From Octopus sinensis (taxonomy: Eukaryota), in NCBI RefSeq assembly GCF_006345805.1, contig NW_021828899.1, positions 1-7,384 of the forward strand: a DNA stretch of 7,384 nucleotides, in the 5' to 3' direction. Each line of letters begins with the position of its first letter. Within the stretch, counting starts at the first letter, position 1. Position numbers and translations under genes: made by a program. Shown piece after piece: positions 1 through 6,546 of the stretch. The notes under the pieces are model-generated. The model had not been told where the DNA came from. It did not search any database and worked only from the letters and a program-made list of their open reading frames with translations.

Positions 1-476
1 TGTCGGAATATTTGGACCTGGATATTTTCTTGTTAATAGAAATGATAAAGAGGGAACAAACTACATAATGCATAGATTTATTGGAAAATATGAATATCCA
101 TGGATTTGTGGAAATAGTTTGCAACAAATATTTTGCTTTTAAGTAAATTACTTTTTGATGTAAAAATAAATTTATCTGAAAAATTATCTTTTATAAATAC
201 AGATAAGCTGTTTTTAATCCAATATTTTTTGACTTTAAAATCACTTAAAATAACTCGCTCCCAAATATTCGAGAGCATATTGCATGTTTGGCATAGCTTT
301 AATCATGAAGTTTAGGGTTTTTAGTAAAAAGTGGTCTTTTCGTGGGTGGATATGCATTCAGACCAATTTTTTCGTGTGGTATTTCTTATTGTTTGAGCTG
401 TTACTGATTCCCTTTTTTTGTAAATGTTTTGGTAAATTTAAAACAGTTGAAATTGGCATCCACTTTTCAAGCTTCT
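1..476 (-). repeat. Inverted repeat of 1968-2453, including the head-to-tail junction
   Basis: Base 1 pairs with 2453 (TGTCGGAATA / TATTCCGACA), 240 with 2206, and 476 with 1968. It runs off the window start. Confidence 0.96.
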
Positions 477-683
477 TTAATTAAAATATTTTTTGCAGAG
501 AAGTTACAATTTTAAATTTGTTCAGTAATTTAAATTTGTTCAGTTTTTTTTTTGGTTTTAAATTTTCGATATCATAAAAAAATACTTTAATCTATGTTAA
601 AAATAAATTGGAAACATATTTGCAATATTGTCCATTTGTAAATTTATAAGAAAAAGCATGTCCAGTTTTTATTTTGTTCACTG
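240..683 (-). mobile_element. Inverted partial copy of the Tc1-like element (left TIR to the SD of the SDESK motif)
   Basis: Reverse complement of 4871-5313. The TIR ends at 683 with TA at 684-685, and the copy is interrupted at 240 by the head-to-tail junction. Confidence 0.88.
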
Positions 684-914
684 TAGCTTGTTCATGGTTA
701 TAGGTTTTTGTTTGTTTTCCTACTATTTATTAATTATCCAACACAAATCCGAATTGAACAATTTTTAATTATATTTTTTCTAAAATACACAACTAGTATC
801 TTCTTTTTATCTAAACGAGGTGCACATTACATTTTCTACAAACTTCAACAAAAAATTTAAAAATTGTCTCAGAGTTATACAAACAATAAATCATTTTTTT
901 ATTTAAAAAACAAG

Positions 915-1320
915 TTATGTTTTTTCACCTCTAATTCTTCTCGATAAATGCATATCGTTTGGCATTATAGTTACTCTTTTTCCGTGAATTGCGCACAAAT
1001 TACTGTCTTCAAAAATTCCAACTAGGTAACTCTCTGCCGCTTCTTGGAGAGCGACAATCGCTGACGATTGAAAACGCAAATCAGTTTGATAAACTGAGCG
1101 GTTTCTCTCACGAGTCTCTGGAATGGAAGTTTCGTAGTAACAAATCAGTGCTCTTTTGATATCGTCTAATTTCTCGCATTGCAACAACTCCAGGTCGAAA
1201 TCGATGAGGTTTCTTTACTCCTCCAAATGTGAAACAGACTTGCGAGCGATTTTGCAGACAACTGTTTCCTTGGTACTTTTCACCAGTAGATTTTCGAGCC
1301 GTTTGTTTTGTTCTAGCCAT
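915..1320 (-). CDS. H3: Second, inverted copy of the same H3 gene, broken by five single-base deletions
   Basis: Reverse complement of 4228-4639, 406 nt versus the expected 411. There are five 1-nt deletions relative to the + copy, at about codons 13, 24, 31, 64 and 79/80. ORF-track pieces 1108-1320 and 915-1187 carry the N- and C-terminal H3 sequence. These are probably read errors rather than a true pseudogene. Confidence 0.85.
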
Positions 1321-1706
1321 ATTTTATTATTTCAGAAAACAATGACAATGCCAGTATAGTAAAAAAAGACATTCATTCCGAATTTTTTCGAGTGATGCAA
1401 AAAAGTATAGATCCGAAAATTTTGGTTAAATTACTCATCATTATTTTTTTATTTTCAATCAATTATTATGTTAAAAAATTTGGAATATAGTTATACAATG
1501 TAAGAGAACTGATGGCAATCCTGTTTCCCCTCACTATTGCAAACATTATATAATAAAAAAGTATTATTCCAAAATTTTTTTAAAAAGTATCATTCCGAAT
1601 TTTTGAGAGGAATAATTTGTAATAGTAGATAATTAAAATATTTCTTAATAAAATAAAACAATAAAGTAAAAACGAGAAAGTTATAAATAGTTAATGTCAT
1701 GAGGAA

Positions 1707-1969
1707 ATTATATTATAATACATCCGTAGGAACATTAACAAAGTTATAATCCGACACGGTCACAAGCAAAACAATCTTCTGTTCCTTGCTCGTCCATGCC
1801 CCTCTGTTGCGGGTGAAATCCCGCAAAGATTTTAGGTCGTCCCAGTTTTTGAAACTTTTGCCACGAAGTTTGAGATCCCTTTCAAGAACTGCCGGAAGAG
1901 TGGATCTAGATCTTCCACGATATTTGTCTCCATGTTCGGAAAAAATATCACCTTGCCCGATGGTCGGAG
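1707..1969 (-). mobile_element. Inverted partial copy of the LINE-like fragment
   Basis: Reverse complement of 3570-3838, truncated at the fold-back junction at 1968-1969. Confidence 0.6.
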
Positions 1970-2206
1970 AAGCTTGAAAAGTGGATGCCAATTTCAACTG
2001 TTTTAAATTTACCAAAACATTTACAAAAAAAGGGAAATCAGTAACAGCTCAAACAATAAGAAATACCACGAAAAAATTGGTCTGAATGCATATCCACCCA
2101 CGAAAAGACCACTTTTTACTAAAAACCCTAAACTTCAATGATTAAAGCTATGCCAAACATGCAATATGCTCTCGAAATATTTTGGGAGCGAGTTATTTTA
2201 AGTGAT
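1968..2206 (+). repeat. Direct 239-bp copy of Tc1-internal sequence 5075-5313
   Basis: AGAAGCTTGAAAAGTGGATGCC...GAGCGAGTTATTTTAAGTGAT is near-identical in both places. The flanks differ on both sides. Confidence 0.93.
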
Positions 2207-2302
2207 TTTAAAGTCAAAAAAAATATTTGGATTAAAAACAGCTTATCTGTATTTATAAAAGATAATTTTTCAGATAAATTTATTTTTACATCAAAAAGTA
2301 AT

Positions 2303-3135
2303 TTACTTAAAAGGCAACAAATATTTGTTGCAAACTATTTCCACAAATTCCATCGGATATTCATATTTTCCAATAAATCTATGCATTATGTAGTTTGTTC
2401 CCTCTTTATCATTTCTATTAACAAGAAAATATCCAGGTCCAAATATTCCGACATTTTTTATATTTAATAAAATAACCAAGTTCGTTGACATCTGAAGTCT
2501 CATATTCCAATTATCCAGCATTCAGAGCCTTCATATATGTGACATTCACTTGGTTATTTGTGATCAATATATGTAGAGACATTTTTTCACAAAGCTGTTC
2601 AATAGGCTTAATGTCGTTCATTTGTGGTCTGAATGCGTTATGGTGAACCAAAAGTGCGATTACAGCTAAAATATAAACATACAAATTATACTAAATATAA
2701 TTGAGGAAAGTATAAACGCGCTTGTTGAATGTGGTTTAACATAAGGTTTGTAAGGCTTTCTTGAATTGGAGCTTCGATAGATTCAAGACTAAGGCTGTGT
2801 TCTGAAGGGGCATATGTTGGTGGATTTTCGATTATTTTAGCTCTGTCAAGTATTTCTGGTCTAGGACTAAGTAGTTGGCCTCTGATTGGGACAGAACGTC
2901 AAAACTGTCCACTACTTCCAGAAGTTTCTCCTGTACGGTCATCTGTTTACGGGCTTGTTTTTGGAGTTCAATAATGCTTAACTGCATTGGAGTGGTCGCT
3001 ATTACGGGTTGGTGATCAGTGTTGTGTTTTAATTCATCTATAAGTGTTATTTTTTGTAAATTTACTTTTTTTCTTTACGTTTCGAATGAGCTTTTTTTAT
3101 GCGATTTGGCATTTCTTAATGACGTTGTTATTCAT
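2303..3135 (-). pseudogene. Unidentified degraded or frameshifted coding-like region
   Basis: One minus frame starting at ATG 3133-3135 (in frame using the 7323 copy) has few stops over about 240 codons. A second frame (2303-2521, ...VGIFGPGYFLVNRNDKEGTNYIMHRFIGKYEYP...) looks protein-like. I recognised no family. Confidence 0.3.
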
Positions 3136-3429
3136 TTTTTATTTTAAAATAATTAATTTCCCAAATTGTCATTTTTTTGATATTGCTATTTAAGTCAACA
3201 AATTTAACTTTTTCAGAAGACGAGTGACCCAAGTTGCATTAAACTTGAATAAATTAATCTTAATTATTTAGTAAATTAACTAAGGATAGTAGTGTCAACT
3301 CTTTGGATAGATAGAGTGAGTCTTTAACCTTTTTGATTTTTTGAATCCAAATTTTCTGCATAGGTGCATGTGTATGCATTTAACAATTTCGTTATGTCGC
3401 CTTGTTTACTCGGAATTAAGCATTCTATT

Positions 3430-3838
3430 GCATCGAGTTGCCAAATGGGTGACTGTCTTATGATAAGATTTTCAATGTGGGCATTTCGAACCAAGCTCGC
3501 GGAAGGTCGGTGAAATCGTTAGAGGCCGGTGGAAATTATTTATTAATATTTTGCGAATGGACCCCAGAGCTCCGACCAATCGGGCAAGGATGATTATTTT
3601 TTCCGAACATGGAGACAAATATCGTGGAAGATCTAGATCCACTCTTCCGGCAGTTCTTGAAAGGGATCTCAAACTTCGTGGCAAAAGTTTCAAAAACTGG
3701 GACGACCTAAAATCTTTGCGGGATTTCACCCGCAACAGAGGGGCATGGACGAGCAAGGAACAGAAGATTGTTTTGCTTGTGACACGTGTCGGATTATAAC
3801 TTTGTTAATGTTCCTACGGAATGTATTATAATAATAAT
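3430..3838 (+). mobile_element. 3'-terminal fragment of a non-LTR retrotransposon (RTE-like C-terminus) with a short TAA-type tail
   Basis: One frame (3467-3799) reads ...RGRWKLFINILRMDPRAPTNRA(MDDY)FSEHGDKYRGRSRSTLPAVLERDLKLRGKSFKNWDDLKSLRDFTRNRGAW. This resembles the RW.LFGHILR / RGRP.TTL..DL / DL..LR..A..R..W string I recall at the end of RTE-like RT ORFs; MDDY comes from the 6664-6912 copy. The stop at 3797-3799 is followed by TATTATAATAATAAT (3824-3838). The region is visibly more GC-rich than its flanks. The 5' boundary is approximate and the clade assignment is from memory. Confidence 0.62.
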
Positions 3839-3940
3839 TTCCTCATGACATTAACTAATTTATAACTTTCTCGTTTTACTTTATTGTTTTATTTTATTAA
3901 GAAATATTTTAATTATCTACTATTACAAATTATTCCTCTC

Positions 3941-4187
3941 AAAAAATTCGGAATGATACTTTTTAAAAAAATTTTGGAATAATACTTTTTTATTATATAA
4001 TGTTGCAATAGTGAGGGGAAACAGGATTGCCATCAGTTCTTCTTACACTGTATAACTATATTCCAAATTTTTTAACATTATAATTGATTGAAAATAAAAA
4101 AATAATGATGAGTAATTTAACCAAAAAATTTTCGGAATAATACTTTTTTGCATCACTCGAAAAAATTTCGGAATGATGTCTTTTTTT
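3941..4187 (+). promoter_or_regulatory. Four copies of an A6-TT(T)TCGGAATRATAC-T6-like motif upstream of H3 (putative cis-element)
   Basis: Copies at 3941-3964, 3965-3991, 4123-4149 and 4160-4187, with GGAAT cores starting at 3950, 3976, 4134 and 4170. They also appear in the inverted copy at 1361-1604. The repeat is directly observed; the regulatory function is inferred from position only. Confidence 0.5.
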
Positions 4188-4227
4188 ACTATACTGGCAT
4201 TGTCATTGTTTTCTGAAATAATAAAAT

Positions 4228-4639
4228 ATGGCTAGAACAAAACAAACGGCTCGAAAATCTACTGGTGCAAAAGTACCAAGGAAACAGTTGTCTGCAAAAT
4301 CTGCTCGCAAGTCTGTTTCACAATTTGGAGGAGTAAAGAAACCTCATCGATTTCGACCTGGAGTTGTTGCAATGCGAGAAATTAGACGATATCAAAAGAG
4401 CACTGATTTGTTACTACGAAAACTTCCATTCCAGAGACTCGTGAGAGAAACCGCTCAGTTTATCAAAACTGATTTGCGTTTTCAATCGTCAGCGATTGTC
4501 GCTCTCCAAGAAGCGGCAGAGAGTTACCTAGTTGGAATTTTTGAAGACAGTAATTTGTGCGCAATTCACGGAAAAAGAGTAACTATAATGCCAAACGATA
4601 TGCATTTATCGAGAAGAATTCGAGGGAAAAAAAACATAA
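4228..4639 (+). CDS. H3: Histone H3, divergent; consensus 135 residues after Met, ending RGEKT*
   Basis: The translation [13 protein letters not shown]...KKPHRFRPG...[20 protein letters not shown]...DLRFQSSA...[18 protein letters not shown] aligns without gaps to canonical H3 (my count: 105/135 identical to human H3.1). One extra base near 4627-4634 shifts the end, giving the 142-aa ORF in the track. The minus copy reads ATT AGA GGT GAA AAA ACA TAA, so the true stop is TAA at 4637-4639, exactly where canonical H3 ends. Confidence 0.96.
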
Positions 4640-4870
4640 CTTGTTTTTTTAAATAAAAAAATGATTTATTGTTTGTATAACTCTGAGACAATTTTTAAAT
4701 TTTTTGTTGAAGTTTGTAGAAAATGTAATGTTGCACCTCGTTTAGATAAAAAGAAGATACTAGTTGTGTATTTTAGAAAAAATATAATTTAAAATTGTTC
4801 AATTCGGATTTGTTGGATAATTAATAAATAGTAGGAAAACAAACAAAAACCTATAACCATGAACAAGCTA

Positions 4871-4931
4871 CAGTGAACAAAAATAAAAACTGGACATGCT
4901 TTTTCTTATAAATTTACAAATGGACAATATT
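4871..4931 (+). repeat. Left TIR of the Tc1-like element (19 bp perfect, degenerate extension to about 61 bp)
   Basis: Manual alignment to the reverse complement of 5962-6022: 19/19 identical, 40/47 over the first 47 nt, about 49/61 overall. Confidence 0.85.
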
Positions 4932-5134
4932 GCAAAATATGTTTCAAATTTATTTTTACATAGATTAAAGTATTTTTATGATATCGAAAATTTAAACCAA
5001 AAAAAAACTGAACAAATTAAATTACTGAACAAATTTAAAATTGTAACTTCTCTGCAAAAAATATTTTAAATTAAAGAAGCTTGAAAAGTGGATGCCAATT
5101 TCAACTTTTTAAATTTACCAAAACATTTACAAAA

Positions 5135-5867
5135 AAAGGGAAATCAGTAACAGCTCAAACAATAAGAAATACCACGAAAAAATTGGTCTGAATGCATATC
5201 CACCCACGAAAAGACCACTTTTTACTAAAAAACCCTAAACTTCAATGATTAAAGCTATGCCAAACATGCAATATGCTCTCGAAATATTTTGGGAGCGAGT
5301 TATTTTAAGTGATGAAAGTAAATTTAATATGTAAAATAGTGATGTAAGAACTTTAGTATCGAGAAATCGCAAGGAAAAATATTTAACAAACAATCTTACA
5401 AAAACAGTAAAATTCGGTAAAGGAAAAATATTCATGCCATAATCAATATTGGATTTATTAATTTGGTTTGATAAAAGAGAAGATTGGTGGAGCTTTGCAT
5501 GTTAACATATTAACGAATAATATGATCTCATTTCTGAACAAAATCAAACATAAAGATCCTAGTTTCCAACAAGACAATGATCTGAAACATACTTCGGCAA
5601 TAGCAAAGAGCTTTTTTTCAAGTAAATAATATCAAATTACTACTATGGCCAACACAAAGCCCAGATTTAAACCCTATAGATAATGTTTGGGCCTTTATTA
5701 AAGAAAAAATCAAAAGAAGAGAATTTTTGAAAAAAGAACATTTATTTGCAAAAATATCATCCATTTGGAATTAACTCAAAATAGAATACGCAAAAAGTCT
5801 TATTAATAGCATGCCAGGCCGAACACTAGATGTAATTAGAGCTAATGGAGGATATAATGGATATTAA
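5135..5867 (+). pseudogene. Tc1-like DDE transposase remnant with stops and frameshifts
   Basis: Motifs recovered across frames: KSVTAQTIRN...KRPLFTKK; WERVILSDESKFN (first D at 5311); TVKFGKG; FQQDNDLKHTS (second D at 5573); WPTQSPDLNPIDNVW (third catalytic position at 5679); LINSMPGRTLDVIRANGGYNGY* (stop 5865-5867). There are in-frame TAA codons and an extra T in the run at 5612-5618. Confidence 0.92.
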
Positions 5868-5961
5868 ATAAATTTGTTCATTTTTTTGGGTTCTGAATTA
5901 TCAATGAATGGAAAACCGTATAAATATAATATTTTTTAGACAAACTAAAAGTTATTTTTTA

Positions 5962-6022
5962 AATATTGTTTCATAGTAAATTCATGAGAAAATGCCTTTT
6001 CAATTTTTATTTTTGTTCACTG
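5962..6022 (-). repeat. Right TIR of the Tc1-like element
   Basis: The reverse complement begins CAGTGAACAAAAATAAAAA and is followed by TA at 6023-6024. Confidence 0.85.
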
Positions 6023-6269
6023 TATATATTTACTATTTTTTGGGATAATTTAGCTTAAGTAAATAAATTATATTGGACTAAAAAATATTTGGCCAATGAT
6101 AGGATAACACAGTATTGCGATATTTTATTTATAATTACTTCTAAAGTTATTCGTTAATTGTGTTTGAAATTATTTTGAAATTCGTAAAAAAAACTTAACT
6201 GGTTGATCTATTGTATTTCGAAAACAATATTACAAAATAACAGCGCATTATTCAAATAATTAATTTAAG

Positions 6270-6546
6270 TTAAGAAGTTGGTTTAGGAGTTTCTGCAGTT
6301 TTGCGAATCATAAATCCACCAGATGAAATAATAGCTTTCTGAGTTAATTCTTTTAATTCGTCGTCATTTCCAATTGCAACGACAATGTGACGTGGTTTAA
6401 TTCTTCTTTTTCCACATTTTACTGCTGTATTTCCAGCAAGTTCAAGCATTTCAGCCACAGCATATTCCCACTGCGCACATATATACTGCGGCAGGAATTC
6501 CTACTCGCATTCGGGTTTCATGACGGAGACACCGGTGAATGCGTCC
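6270..6546 (-). CDS. H2A: Histone H2A, divergent, 5'-truncated by a fold-back junction; one frameshift near 6468-6471
   Basis: The minus strand reads GRIHRCLRHETRMRVGIPAAVYMCAV [frameshift, about 2 nt missing] EYAVAEMLELAGNTAVKCGKRRIKPRHIVVAIGNDDELKELTQKAIISSGGFMIRKTAETPKPTS*. This matches the H2A motifs GRIHR, RVG, EY..AE.LELAGN, RI.PRH..AI.ND.EL and GG. Sequence upstream of GRIHR is replaced by the inverted repeat starting at 6547. Confidence 0.88.

Larger units (their letters stand above)
240..1969 (-). repeat. About 1.73-kb inverted repeat of 3570-5313
   Basis: Colinear reverse-complement match across the LINE fragment, H3 upstream region, H3 and Tc1 left arm. It is 1730 versus 1744 nt, and the differences are mostly 1-nt indels. 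Confidence 0.97.
4871..6022 (+). mobile_element. Tc1/mariner-superfamily (Tc1-like) DNA transposon, 1152 bp, non-autonomous/decayed
   Basis: Perfect 19-bp terminal inverted repeats CAGTGAACAAAAATAAAAA at 4871-4889 and 6004-6022, each flanked by TA (4869-4870, 6023-6024). It encloses transposase remnants with Tc1 catalytic motifs. Confidence 0.93.

Noticed and set aside
1713-2015. 100-aa ORF, and likewise ORFs 78-278 and 2138-2467
   Set aside because: These span chimeric junctions (Tc1/LINE or Tc1/unique DNA), so they are fusion by-products rather than genes.
2666-2691. Possible 26-nt minus-strand intron GTATAATTTGTATGTTTATATTTTAG
   Set aside because: Splicing it out did not restore an open frame in my manual test.
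3472-3756. Antisense or alternate-frame ORFs (3472-3756, 1786-1977, 6753-6986, 1156-1359, 133-315, 284-484, 5235-5435)
   Set aside because: They are shadows of the LINE fragment, H3 or the transposase on the other strand or frame, with no independent motif support.
4157-4180. Match of the upstream motif to the yeast Spt10 site (G/A)TTCC-N6-TTCNC
   Set aside because: The minus strand gives ATTCC-N7/N8-TTCGA in one copy only; the spacing and last base do not fit and the other copies lack the second half.
3941-4187. CRISPR-like or regular tandem array
   Set aside because: There are only four degenerate copies with irregular spacing (0, about 130 and about 10 bp gaps), in a eukaryotic context with no cas genes.
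4621-4656. Apparent H3 C-terminal extension [11 protein letters not shown] (142-aa ORF)
   Set aside because: It is caused by one extra base; the minus copy gives RGEKT* at canonical length.
4637-4720. Metazoan histone 3' stem-loop, or a poly(A) signal AATAAA at 4652-4657
   Set aside because: No GGCYCTTTTCAGRGCC-like hairpin follows either histone stop. AATAAA is uninformative in DNA this AT-rich.
240-5313. Large inverted repeats as termini of a giant transposon, a virus or a palindromic chromosome end
   Set aside because: The repeat boundaries fall inside unrelated features (LINE ORF, transposase, H2A). They have no terminal motifs, target duplications or telomeric repeats, and the arms overlap in a nested zig-zag.
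5305-5867. TAA-to-Gln (ciliate-type) genetic code rescuing the transposase
   Set aside because: The element also needs frameshifts, H3 terminates with TAA at the canonical position, and all eight H3 Gln codons are CAA or CAG.
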